64,000 bases of DNA, taken from a virus (lineage: Duplodnaviria; Caudoviricetes). The notes under the pieces were generated by a model. That model saw only the letters and a program-made list of their open reading frames with translations, ran no database searches and was not told the origin of the DNA. Below are positions 50,001 through 58,218 of this stretch, one piece after another (positions within the stretch are counted from its first letter, which is position 1; each line of letters begins with the position of its first letter). The stretch lies in IMG/VR virus record IMGVR_UViG_2974629863_000001, positions 1 to 64,000 of that record; one strand, 5' to 3'. The position numbers and the translations under genes are program-made.

Positions 50001-51495
50001 TGAAATCTCATCAGTTCTAGACACTTTCACAGCTAATGCAACTGGAATCCAGACAGCTTGGCAGAATGCCGGAACACAGATCGGTACTGCATTCCAGACA
50101 GGTGTAGATCAGACCAAGGCTCTTGTTACTTCTAAGATTCAAGAAGTCAAGGGTATAATTGATGCACCTATTGCAGCACAGCCACAAATTGATATGCCTG
50201 CAGTTCTCGGAGGAAACTTCGATTCAGTTCTAGCAGCAATCAATGTTAAGAAGACTGAATTCGAGCAGGCCTTTACAGGTATTGGCAACATTGCTACTAC
50301 TACAGGTCCACAGATCCAGGCTAATTGGTCCCAGATGGGTACATCAATGGGGCAGTCATTTACTGGTGCTCTAGATCAGTCTAAGGCTCTAATGCAGCAA
50401 GCTGTAGATGCAGCTAAGCAACAGCTAGAGCTTCCACAGACATTCACACCGAATGTTCAGGCTCTTCCACAGGCAATGGATCAGAACCTTAATGGTCTTG
50501 TTTCATCTATCGAACAGAAGAAGCCAGAAGTTGACGCAGCGATGCAGCAGCTTACTCAGGGTGCAGCTACATCTATTCCACCTACGACAAGCAAGCACAA
50601 CATTGAAAGCAACATTGCAGAAGTTACAGCTCAGATCAATTCTCTAAACGGAATGGTTACAAGCTCAACTCACATGATCAATGTTGTTACAATGGGTGGC
50701 GGTGGAATCGCTGGTATTGCTGGTATTGCAGGAATCGGCGCAGCCGGAATGTCTGGTGCCGCGCCTATTATGGGAATGGCAGGAGCAGCAGGAGAAGGTG
50801 AGGGATTAACTGGTGCTCTAGGTGCTGGTGGAATGACTTCAGATTTCCGCTACACAAATGGTTCCGGTGGATCACTACTACAGATTTCTAACCTTGTTAA
50901 GAATGGAATTATCCAAGCTTGGGAAGGCCTCGGAGAAGAAGTAGGAACTTCATTCTCCAATGGAATCAGCAACTCTCAGGTTCTAGTTGTAGACGCTATC
51001 GGTGATATTGTCGGTCTAGCTGGCAAGACAATTACTGTTAAGCAACTAGTTGATGTTGAAGGAACTGTAGTCGGATCTATTGTTGAAGTTGGTGACACAA
51101 TCTCAGCCATTACAGGTGTTACAAGTTCAGTTGGTAATCTAGAATCAGTTCTAGGTTCTGTTGGAAACGTAATCAGCTCTGTAGGTGGATTCGGTGGTGC
51201 TCTTGGTGTTCTAGGTCCAATCGGACAGATCATTAGTTCACTAGGAACTCTATTCGGACTATTTGGAGGTTGGTTCGGTCAGCATAAGGGTGGAGCTTAT
51301 GTTTCATCTGGTTCACTAAATGAATCAGGTCAAATGGTTCACTACAACACTCAGCAGACTGTTAATAATCACTTCGATGGTGGATTACTCGGTGACCCAG
51401 AGCGTCAGGCTAAGAAGGTGCTAGATGTGCTAGAATTAGCCGGTAGTTCTAGAAGAGCTAACGCAGTACTAGGAAACGGAGAGTTATCAGTTTAA
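44077..51495 (+). CDS. tape measure protein
   Basis: 2472 aa, repetitive, hydrophobic Ala/Gly segment, follows the chaperone. Confidence 0.9.
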   Translation: MSNTVKVEIQGSESVSDAVDKAIAKLQQLKDRNIDINVDTDKAERKIDDLEKKIKALRDGNVDIDIDVDTSKADTKIDKLQAKLVALSDGTAKVDVDTKAARDKLTYLNARISALSENTPSIDVDTTKARAKLTYLHGRLKALGDEKVSIDVDTEKARDKIRYLHNRMAELGDKRIGVDIDTEKARDKIRYLKNSFKELTDANVAIDVDNSMALAKIAAVQTALDSLTDRTINIDVNDEAVGRAVRNSRGRNTTRTDSEFVTRELQRARDNGLDVDVNANFDDYDQEVKKRQKTTIKYEVDTTSLRDVFDSDKYKIGTVYKKDGEIIELEANVDLDDIKNLDAEVNRLNNKRIKFNVETTFDEDGEALERWVAVGRHRMRIAVDTEIDDDHVLALARGIQERQFVVHGQIDERVSEFMRRLDNNPNKRIRYTIETRDFDGQLMHVLREDNKVIKIIPNTDAFERDLADIEKNRTIRYDIERNDIDGEIRDFLNIGDRTIDVDVDVHDAEAVAKLALLTRRRTADVDVDVDRNGRLSNSLRNINTGFGTMGRLAGRVTSAFAGMTTRIPVLGGLFKSLNMANSGLGDMAANGGKIAGIAGPIGQAAIAVGAAALSMQIFSAVGVAGTTALTGGLYLTMAAMGAVSGVASALAGVVGGGLAAGFIYFASKAPEVSAAFDDLGNHVTSVMEDISSVVAPSLTRAAGMMSSSFDMMRPSLERMATGTSKLVDNLSGKLPAVAQALGPALEQAFRAGSKHLSVIGDALPGIITGFGNFMDKLGSVEVVKAATSVWNALPGIIEGTGTAIEKVAAGYNNLREFFSSSDLAPLKEGWAALKDTIGNINWTPLINGTKDAMNALGGFMESIDGENVEQMFTGIVNGVEGLTSAAEKLNLDGFLAGLSQVFGAFGKITDGMASIAKPALDGLNWIGDKVAGLFGADPIKIPTDVDLTKAQGKINEIKNMDIAPILIKLKIEELNEADNPTRKPMNFPVVPEVKPGSFSSLLDSLKQDTIPVNVDPKMNDISNLQSSLTGLNLTSDVIPKLKNATSLQQVADAIRLEIPMNPKLQNNADVQSLLDSIDAILKVKPDFEGGIGELQALLMAQDLVAKARAELENPESIADALATLDNILKVTPELSEVGSIQELLTGIKTFLNVTPQMRDTGALQSAIEGITTTIKPDISIDEGIGKIKDALSKINLEVNPELADFKADLEGQLAALEGIMKVRPELNGDSSIQSALAALNSWVRVTPRLDDADSISNLISMLEAVINVNPELNAGGVGAILDILRGMNAEFPVTPNLQQPPVMPGLDVTLNPTVPQSPIAVPGVVDPLNPPKGGLGDVFRIPGTVDPLNVPKTTSPLEVPGSITPLQLPSGIPGFNVPIKGTLDVDGIARSLENVTPSIGVLPTITNGSQILDQLNSMNAQIEAGVTIKDTGSVLDTLNNLEATVKANPEMGNADAIIAAIAAIRAILKPDVEPKFDGIMGKVPDLPAIDQPVKLKKDLSEAQTALPPIVQEVIVRRKAEPSVAANLQTIETKTVRLIPDTSALQAITIPPITVQVTVASNAAEIQGLISMIPLSITTQHTVQSNAAAVAGSIQQIPLSMNTQHTVSSNVADIDAQVRSIPATMLTEHTTTTNTQATIDLVNSIPKSSQTDHTVNTNVDSALSRIRSLSGQNTSSTHTVNVVVNGGGGLPGGASISAFSGMAGIGAAPMGMMGAASDGSSLFGAAGATGGLSNNFKFSQKTGGSLLKVATIVKGGIVKAWEDVGSSGGKSFMEGLSESLDAISKIINEVVNIGNSIKELMEALNPKPEGLENAAKDIADASKDIDKNLSNTADSVKTNSEAINKAVQFNPDVQGLQNIWGQVGQKIEGAFSKGIGSAQNTIGTAFSEIQATLSKPFQNLPEINLDQIVKGDFSSIFAGIEQKKAEFTQAFESAKQTALNAVPGLNDAFNQVGRDIGAAFGWGVDESIANMRAKNPEISSVLDTFTANATGIQTAWQNAGTQIGTAFQTGVDQTKALVTSKIQEVKGIIDAPIAAQPQIDMPAVLGGNFDSVLAAINVKKTEFEQAFTGIGNIATTTGPQIQANWSQMGTSMGQSFTGALDQSKALMQQAVDAAKQQLELPQTFTPNVQALPQAMDQNLNGLVSSIEQKKPEVDAAMQQLTQGAATSIPPTTSKHNIESNIAEVTAQINSLNGMVTSSTHMINVVTMGGGGIAGIAGIAGIGAAGMSGAAPIMGMAGAAGEGEGLTGALGAGGMTSDFRYTNGSGGSLLQISNLVKNGIIQAWEGLGEEVGTSFSNGISNSQVLVVDAIGDIVGLAGKTITVKQLVDVEGTVVGSIVEVGDTISAITGVTSSVGNLESVLGSVGNVISSVGGFGGALGVLGPIGQIISSLGTLFGLFGGWFGQHKGGAYVSSGSLNESGQMVHYNTQQTVNNHFDGGLLGDPERQAKKVLDVLELAGSSRRANAVLGNGELSV

Positions 51496-54176
51496 TGTAT
51501 GACAAGATAGATACAGGTGACATTACACTTCAAGTCGAGTCAACAAGAGAAAACCGAGAAGCAACGGATGCCTTTGGGAATAGTTCAATAGCTATCTCCC
51601 AGGGCGCATTCGACAGAGGTCTAAGCCAGGATGGTGTCTCTTACACTGAGATGCGAATGAATAAGAACGGTGACGTTTATAATATTTATGACTTCACCGA
51701 CATCACTGGATGGGTTTCCGATGCTGGTTATCCTGGAACAGTTATTACCAATAATGGCTTGGTCATTCAGCAGTCCGCACAGGTGGTGCTAGAATTCAAA
51801 GGCGCATTCGGTAATGGATTCTTCTCGTCTCGTGTTAACTCATATGTGAGAATTTTAGTAAATGGCAGCGTTGTTAAGACAGCTTCAGGTAATGCTAACT
51901 TAGGCATTTACCATGTTCTCTTTCTAAAGGCAGGCGATGTTGTTAAGATTCAGGCTAGATGTACTAACTACTGGTTTGACGCATCTAGACTTCGTGGTGG
52001 ACGAGATACTTACTTAAAGGTTCGTTTGAATAAGCCTGGTGAATTCGACTTCGAAGGTGACCTAGCTTGGCCGGAAAACTCTGGTTTTGCTTATGTTGGT
52101 AACAACAAATGGGTTGTTGCTCCAAGAGCTAAGAAGGGTAAGAATCCAATTGTCTCAGCAGAAGACGGAGGACCAGATTCATACGGATATTCATATGAAG
52201 GATACACCGTTGGACCTGTTATCGCTCAGTCAAAGGTTCCTTGGCCTGTTAAGGGTGGACAAACAGTAAACTTTAGTGGTCAGTTCATATCTTTGGGTAA
52301 TCCCAGAGAGAAGTCAGATTTCTCAGGTGACACACTAGTTCTTTACAGATTCAGTCTTTGGGGATCTGGCGTTACTACTGACGAATACGGCACAGAAACA
52401 GAAAACAAAATTGAATTGATGTATTACCAGGCGAGCAACAGCACATCTGGAACTACAAACTACAATATTTCTGGCATTCCATCTGCTACAGTACCCGAAG
52501 GAATTACTCATCTGTACTTTACAGTGTCATGTGTATATCAGGCAGACGGAACCTATGGAACTATCAACTTCGAGGTTCTAGAAGGATCAATGGTCGTTTC
52601 CAAAGCGTCATACTTCGGAGCTTCTGTTGTTAACCCAATTCAGGTTATCATCAATCAGCCTTCCAGCATACAGCCTGTGTATACGCATCCTCTTTCTAAG
52701 ACAGGTGTTGCTTTTAAGAATCCTGGTGGGTTCCTAAATGTATATGAGAATGCACAGCTTACATTCTTTGGTGCGCCAGATGCGCCTACAACAGTACAAG
52801 CCTATAACTACACTCCTGGTGGAGGAACTGGTTCATGGATTGGTACTTACTCAGCGGCAGCAAATGAAAGAAAGACTGTATCTATTACGCCCGGAACGCC
52901 GGGAGGGACAGTGCAGCTACTAGTAATATCAGGAACTACGTATGTAGAGAAGCTAGTTAACTCTGAGTCGGATACACTTAATTCAACTACAGATCAGTTA
53001 AGAAAACTAACATTCGTAGATATTGAAGATGATGCAAGTAGAATCTCTATTCTAAAAGAAGAGGGAGATAAGTCTACAGGAACGATTGACTTTGCTACTG
53101 CAACATTAGACCCAGCAGTATCGCCACTTCTAAAGCCGGGTAAGATCGTTAGAGTTCTAGGTCGTCACTATGGAAATGGTAATACTACCAAGCCTGCAGG
53201 ATGGACTGGACCAGCATTGTACTCAACTATATTTACTGGCAAGGTAAAGAGAGTTACAAGTGGTTATTCTTATGAAGATGATCCAGTTGTTCAAATTACT
53301 CTATATGACGTTTATGATTCACTTCAGACTATTAAAACAGAGTTTGCCTCTGATCAGATGGTCAAATATGGAGCATGGTTTAACCGTGTTGGATCTAGTG
53401 TCATATATAACGATATTGATTGGGCTGGATCAGCTAAGGATGAGTCTACTGTTCCTAATAAGTTCGTATATGAACCTAGTGCATGGGGAAATATCAGTCT
53501 AGCCGACTCTGTTTCTATGACTAGAAATGCTAATAAATGGTGGGTTATTGTAGATAGATTTAACAAGATGAGAATTATGACTTCTCTTAATCCAACCAAG
53601 AAGTACACTCTTACAGATGGTACTGTTGCCGGTGATCTGAATTATGGTAGATTCTCTAGAGGATCAGACACAGATTCAGTAATCAATAAGGTCAATGTTC
53701 AAGAGTATGTTCTAGACATTAAGGATCTTAAAGGAAGAACTCTTGCTGCATCTTCAGAACCACCAGCGGATCTAGACTTTGTTAGATCAAAGCAACAGAC
53801 TGCTACCTTCTCTAATAAGACAAGTGTGAACTCATATGGAGAGTTCTCCAAGTCTTTTGACGTTGTTAGAGGCAATGGTAACTACTTGGATCTTTCAAGC
53901 GGTTATACCGGAGCTAACTTCAAGTCTTGGGCAGAAGCAATCCTTGCAGAAAGATCTGAACCTACCATCAATATTTCAGAGTTGAATGTTCCAATTAAAA
54001 ACAGTAACGATATTCGAAAGATTTCTGAACTAGAAATTCTAGACAAGGTTGACATTGTATACAAGGGAGTTACTCAAACTTCTAGAGTCAGGGAGATTGA
54101 ACACACGATTATTCCTGGCAGATGGTATACAGAAATACGCTTTGACTCCAAGGGCGATATGACCTACTGGGGCTAG
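51495..54176 (+). CDS. minor tail (tip/hub) protein
   Basis: TAATG-coupled to the tape measure gene; IFTGKV and IEHTI..GRW motifs. Confidence 0.75.
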   Translation: MYDKIDTGDITLQVESTRENREATDAFGNSSIAISQGAFDRGLSQDGVSYTEMRMNKNGDVYNIYDFTDITGWVSDAGYPGTVITNNGLVIQQSAQVVLEFKGAFGNGFFSSRVNSYVRILVNGSVVKTASGNANLGIYHVLFLKAGDVVKIQARCTNYWFDASRLRGGRDTYLKVRLNKPGEFDFEGDLAWPENSGFAYVGNNKWVVAPRAKKGKNPIVSAEDGGPDSYGYSYEGYTVGPVIAQSKVPWPVKGGQTVNFSGQFISLGNPREKSDFSGDTLVLYRFSLWGSGVTTDEYGTETENKIELMYYQASNSTSGTTNYNISGIPSATVPEGITHLYFTVSCVYQADGTYGTINFEVLEGSMVVSKASYFGASVVNPIQVIINQPSSIQPVYTHPLSKTGVAFKNPGGFLNVYENAQLTFFGAPDAPTTVQAYNYTPGGGTGSWIGTYSAAANERKTVSITPGTPGGTVQLLVISGTTYVEKLVNSESDTLNSTTDQLRKLTFVDIEDDASRISILKEEGDKSTGTIDFATATLDPAVSPLLKPGKIVRVLGRHYGNGNTTKPAGWTGPALYSTIFTGKVKRVTSGYSYEDDPVVQITLYDVYDSLQTIKTEFASDQMVKYGAWFNRVGSSVIYNDIDWAGSAKDESTVPNKFVYEPSAWGNISLADSVSMTRNANKWWVIVDRFNKMRIMTSLNPTKKYTLTDGTVAGDLNYGRFSRGSDTDSVINKVNVQEYVLDIKDLKGRTLAASSEPPADLDFVRSKQQTATFSNKTSVNSYGEFSKSFDVVRGNGNYLDLSSGYTGANFKSWAEAILAERSEPTINISELNVPIKNSNDIRKISELEILDKVDIVYKGVTQTSRVREIEHTIIPGRWYTEIRFDSKGDMTYWG

Positions 54177-54193
54177 CGTGCTAGACTAGTCGA

Positions 54194-54541
54194 ATGAAAT
54201 ATCCCACAGGCGTTTTTATCGAACACGACGGTTCAATCTATAGAGTCTCAGGCAATAAGTTGTACCCTCTGCTATCGTGGAGGGCAACTTTGTCTTGGCA
54301 TCAGCCGATTATCCCAGCAGAATACATCTTTGATTATGAGCGATCAGAAGCAAGACTTGGATTCAGGCCTACTTCGATCTTAGAGTCATGTGTAGATGGA
54401 AGATTCTACTTCATTGATGGTTTTCAGAAGAGACTCATCACCACTCCCGACTTCTGGGATTTAGGTTTTAATAAGTTTGAAAAGTTTGTAGTATCACAAG
54501 AAGAATTAGATTTCCATAAAGACGGAGAACCAATTGAGTAA
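54194..54541 (+). CDS. hypothetical protein with an internal two-fold repeat
   Basis: GSIYRVSGNK / GRFYFIDGFQKR. Confidence 0.7.
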   Translation: MKYPTGVFIEHDGSIYRVSGNKLYPLLSWRATLSWHQPIIPAEYIFDYERSEARLGFRPTSILESCVDGRFYFIDGFQKRLITTPDFWDLGFNKFEKFVVSQEELDFHKDGEPIE

Positions 54542-55328
54542 TGATTTAAAATGGATGCTGTCATCAGATCAGCACATTCCTTATCACGACCCTAGATATA
54601 TTGATTTATGGTTTCAAGTAATGAAGTGGTTTAGACCAGATGCAATTGATTATCTAGGTGATACCTCAGATCAAGATTGTTTCAGTAAGTATTCAATCGG
54701 AACATCTCAGGAATTCCTTAACCAGGTTGCAAAGCCGGTGTCGGAAAAGATTACACCATTCATTATGGAACAGGAACGACCAGTAGCAGAATTCTATGAG
54801 CAAACACGTAAGATGCGAAAGAACGCAGACATCTTCATTGCCCTAGGTAATCACTGCGTACGTGTATTTGACTATGTAGACCGTAAAATGCCGGATGAGG
54901 CAAAGGCTATTACTCCTGAGTCGCTATGGAAACTAGATAGCTTAGGTATTAATTACATTCACTATGCAGATCTACCTAAGAAGCGATATGGAGATATTCA
55001 CGTACATCATGGTAATGCAATCTCACAACATGCCGGTGAATCAGTAAGAAAAGATGTAGAGAACTTCGGAGTAAGTATAATTCGTGGTCATAGTCATAGA
55101 GCAGGAACATTCTACAAGACGTATGAGCTAAAGAATGAAACGCTTCGTGGTTATGAGATTGGACACTCAACAGATATTAAGTCATCTGGAATGTCCTATT
55201 CAAATCTACATAACTGGCAAGCAGGATTTGCAGTTGCACACGTAGTAGATGGCTATCCTCACGTTCAGTTCATTGAAATGACACCGGATTATACTTGCGT
55301 TGTGGATGGACGTACGTTTAAGGCATGA
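54534..55328 (+). CDS. calcineurin-like metallophosphoesterase
   Basis: SDQH, GD, GNH, HG, GHSH. Confidence 0.88.
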   Translation: MSNDLKWMLSSDQHIPYHDPRYIDLWFQVMKWFRPDAIDYLGDTSDQDCFSKYSIGTSQEFLNQVAKPVSEKITPFIMEQERPVAEFYEQTRKMRKNADIFIALGNHCVRVFDYVDRKMPDEAKAITPESLWKLDSLGINYIHYADLPKKRYGDIHVHHGNAISQHAGESVRKDVENFGVSIIRGHSHRAGTFYKTYELKNETLRGYEIGHSTDIKSSGMSYSNLHNWQAGFAVAHVVDGYPHVQFIEMTPDYTCVVDGRTFKA

Positions 55329-56137
55329 TAACAAATCAATGTGATGTATATGTAATTAATCAAGGATTCGTCGCATTGGAAGATCTGTCACCAGGGATGA
55401 TGGTGTATACTTTGGACTCGCTACGAGTTGAACCGGAACCGATCAAGTCAGTTAGATCAGAATTCATCCAACAGAAGATCAATGTAATTGACTCCGGTCA
55501 ACACAACGTAGATAGCACAAATAACACCCTACATCTGTACCACAGCGAAATAAATGGTTCAAAGTACCTTTCCTTCAACCATATAGATTCGCACGTTAGA
55601 AGTAAATCCACAGATCCAAAAAAGTACAATCCTGTTCTAGCTTGGCCTTACTTTCAAGATAAGCGAAACTGTTCAGACTTGGACTTGGAGTATGTTGCTA
55701 GATCCATAGTCTCTAGACATGTGGACTACAAATCCATCCAAACTATTATTGACCGATGCACCGGCGACGATGCCCTGGTCCTGGTCGATATGCTAGAATT
55801 TTGGTGTTCGGATAACCCTGGTCGAGGGTCGTTCGGGCGTGTCAGTGTCAAGTCTAGATTACATACGATTGAAAGTCAATGGTTACTTGATGAACTGTGT
55901 AAAACAGCAGCTCTAGCAGGGTTCACATCACATACAGCTAAGTTCAATGAACGTGAGTTTGCTTGGCGTGTGTACTATGAACCAATGCCTGTTGCAGGCT
56001 CAAGACCAAAGACAGAAAAGTTTAAGCAAAGATACTTCGTGGGTAATGTGTACCAAGTAGAAACTCTAAATAATAGACCAGTCTTAGGAAGATCTAAGAA
56101 CAGAACAATATATCTTCCCACTTCTCAAAGGATGTAA
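55325..56137 (+). CDS. free-standing degenerate intein-like (Hint) protein
   Basis: GFVALEDLSPGMMVYTLD (block A/N2-like), YFVGNVYQVETLNN (block F-like), LAGLIDADG-remnant core; no terminal Cys/Asn. Confidence 0.55.
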   Translation: MITNQCDVYVINQGFVALEDLSPGMMVYTLDSLRVEPEPIKSVRSEFIQQKINVIDSGQHNVDSTNNTLHLYHSEINGSKYLSFNHIDSHVRSKSTDPKKYNPVLAWPYFQDKRNCSDLDLEYVARSIVSRHVDYKSIQTIIDRCTGDDALVLVDMLEFWCSDNPGRGSFGRVSVKSRLHTIESQWLLDELCKTAALAGFTSHTAKFNEREFAWRVYYEPMPVAGSRPKTEKFKQRYFVGNVYQVETLNNRPVLGRSKNRTIYLPTSQRM

Positions 56138-56138
56138 C

Positions 56139-56528
56139 ATGAATGATTATTACAGAAGTCTTGCACAAGTTCTTATGACTCGTGGAAGTCTTGTAAAGGG
56201 TAAATCTTATTACGGTGGATTCAATAACTATGAAGATTCTATTTACAAACATGCAAATGTTGAACGACACGAGTACGGATTCTACAAAGACCTAAAAGGC
56301 AGCCAACCTAAATGCGGATCTTGGAAGTCACTTACAGACATAGATGAGCAATCTTCTTATGTTTTCGCAGGAACCTTCGTTGACTCAGAAGAAGCGTATT
56401 ACGTTCAAGGCCTTCTTAGCTGCAACTGCGGGGAGATAGAAGAAGCCAACCTAGTCTACGATGGAACTATGTCTGAGTTAATCCAGTATGTAGTAGGAGA
56501 AGCACCAAAGATTAATTACCTAGCTTAG
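56139..56528 (+). CDS. hypothetical protein
   Basis: ORF with CNCG motif. Confidence 0.65.
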   Translation: MNDYYRSLAQVLMTRGSLVKGKSYYGGFNNYEDSIYKHANVERHEYGFYKDLKGSQPKCGSWKSLTDIDEQSSYVFAGTFVDSEEAYYVQGLLSCNCGEIEEANLVYDGTMSELIQYVVGEAPKINYLA

Positions 56529-56580
56529 TGCTATAATGGGTGTATGTAGGAGACTACAAATACATTCATTAGGAGAAAAC

Positions 56581-56874
56581 ATGTTAGCTATTCTAGTATT
56601 CGTTGCAGCCGTTCTGGTTGTAATCGCAACGTCCGTACTAAAGACTGTTGATATGTCTAAGAATCAGAAGAACGCTATTGCTACGGTTGTTTCCGTAGTT
56701 GGTGGCGCAATTGCAGTTGTTGTTGAAAATGGTGGCTTCGATAATTTCCTATCCGCTGGCCTCATGGCAACGATTCTTATGGTATATGGTGCAGCTCAGC
56801 TAGTTTACAAGTTCCTACTTCCAGAGTCAGTTGAAGATAAACTCGCTCTCGATGTCGGCAATACTGTAAAATAG
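56581..56874 (+). CDS. holin-like membrane protein
   Basis: Three hydrophobic segments, AGGAG SD, charged C-terminus. Confidence 0.7.
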   Translation: MLAILVFVAAVLVVIATSVLKTVDMSKNQKNAIATVVSVVGGAIAVVVENGGFDNFLSAGLMATILMVYGAAQLVYKFLLPESVEDKLALDVGNTVK

Positions 56875-56929
56875 ATTATTTGGTATAATAAGATAGGCCC
56901 TTCGGGGTCTATACTTATTTGGAGATACA

Positions 56930-57418
56930 ATGGCAGTTAATAGACCGATTCCTACGCTTTTTTTTCTAAACGGTAATTTGCACCGACGAATCCGCGTGCT
57001 CGCCTCGGATGATTCTGTGGTAGCGTGGGACTACGCAAATGAGACACGCAAGCCTTACCCTAGATCAGAGGTAAGGAAATTATACAAAAAGGCCTTTACA
57101 ATTCCACAAGCTGCAAAATTGATCAATGTATCATCAGCTAGAGTAAGGGCAGTATATAAAAAACAACTCTGTACTCCTCCACAATGGACGTACGATTTAG
57201 CTAATTATCGTAGGCTAAAAGCCTATATCTGTGAAGACGATATGTTGGAATTGCGTCAAACACTATGGGATCTGTTACCTAAAAATAGGTTTGGAGAACC
57301 TAGCGATGACAGTATGACTAATGAAAAAGATTTGATTCACGCCATGATGTTAGGTGACGATAGAGAATTCGTTGTCATCAATGATGGAGAAGATTTTATA
57401 CGAATATTTAAGGCATAA
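56930..57418 (+). CDS. HTH DNA-binding protein
   Basis: FTIPQAAKLINVSSARVRAVY (MerR/Xis-like). Confidence 0.6.
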   Translation: MAVNRPIPTLFFLNGNLHRRIRVLASDDSVVAWDYANETRKPYPRSEVRKLYKKAFTIPQAAKLINVSSARVRAVYKKQLCTPPQWTYDLANYRRLKAYICEDDMLELRQTLWDLLPKNRFGEPSDDSMTNEKDLIHAMMLGDDREFVVINDGEDFIRIFKA

Positions 57419-57419
57419 T

Positions 57420-57713
57420 ATGGCATTTAAGAAATTTATTTCTAAGATTGAAGAAGAAGTTGAAGTTACAGATATTCTATTTCACGCAGTAGATGTTTTA
57501 GACGAAGCAATTACGATTGCGATTAAAAATCAAGACGCTGGGATGATTGATACTATTTATGATAAGTATCTTGAAGCCAGTGATAGGCTCATGGGAATTG
57601 CATTCGCTTCAGCGGGGCAAGATCAAGAAGATGAAGAAAACAGTGGGCCACCAAAGAAACAAAGAATAGGATTTTACAATGAGCCAAAACCCAACACGAT
57701 TAAGGGTAGTTAG
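57420..57713 (+). CDS. hypothetical protein
   Basis: ORF with KQRIGF motif. Confidence 0.6.
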   Translation: MAFKKFISKIEEEVEVTDILFHAVDVLDEAITIAIKNQDAGMIDTIYDKYLEASDRLMGIAFASAGQDQEDEENSGPPKKQRIGFYNEPKPNTIKGS

Positions 57714-57876
57714 ACGACAGACTGTTAATATGGGAGACTTCAACAGTGTCTCATTTGAAGTGTCAATCGAAGAAGATTTAGCCCCAAACCAGAAGAAGTC
57801 AGAAAAACTAGATGAACTCTGGGAGCAGACTAAACTATATATGAAGAAGAAATTCTTGGAGGAAGGACTAGCCTAA
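57679..57876 (+). CDS. hypothetical protein
   Basis: NMGDFNSVSFEV motif; operon position. Confidence 0.6.
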   Translation: MSQNPTRLRVVRRQTVNMGDFNSVSFEVSIEEDLAPNQKKSEKLDELWEQTKLYMKKKFLEEGLA

Positions 57877-58218
57877 ATGGCAGTAGATATGTCTTACGTA
57901 GTCACGATGATGGACTTCTTTATTAAGACTCAGAAGAGTCACGGAAAAGAACGAGACCTATCGGACCTACGTCAAAATCAGTGGGATATGAGAACTGTCA
58001 TTCAAGACTTAGTTTATCATCACGAAAACATTGATGATGCAATTTCAGAACTGAAGAAGTTGATTTTGTTTTACATGAAACTCTCAGACAGTAAGACTAT
58101 CTCAGATTTCTTCAGAGAGTATCCATCATATTTAGATACAATGCGTGAGACGATTATTCAACGTCGCCAACGCAAGGCTTTATTAGAAAAAACAGTCGGT
58201 AAGGATAACAATCAGTGA
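57877..58218 (+). CDS. hypothetical protein
   Basis: Coupled to the helicase gene. Confidence 0.65.
   Translation: MAVDMSYVVTMMDFFIKTQKSHGKERDLSDLRQNQWDMRTVIQDLVYHHENIDDAISELKKLILFYMKLSDSKTISDFFREYPSYLDTMRETIIQRRQRKALLEKTVGKDNNQ

Noticed and set aside
44154-51233. Many long antisense ORFs within the tape measure gene (also 538..1311 and 30889..31497)
   Set aside because: Shadow frames of real genes, with no SD or recognisable motifs.
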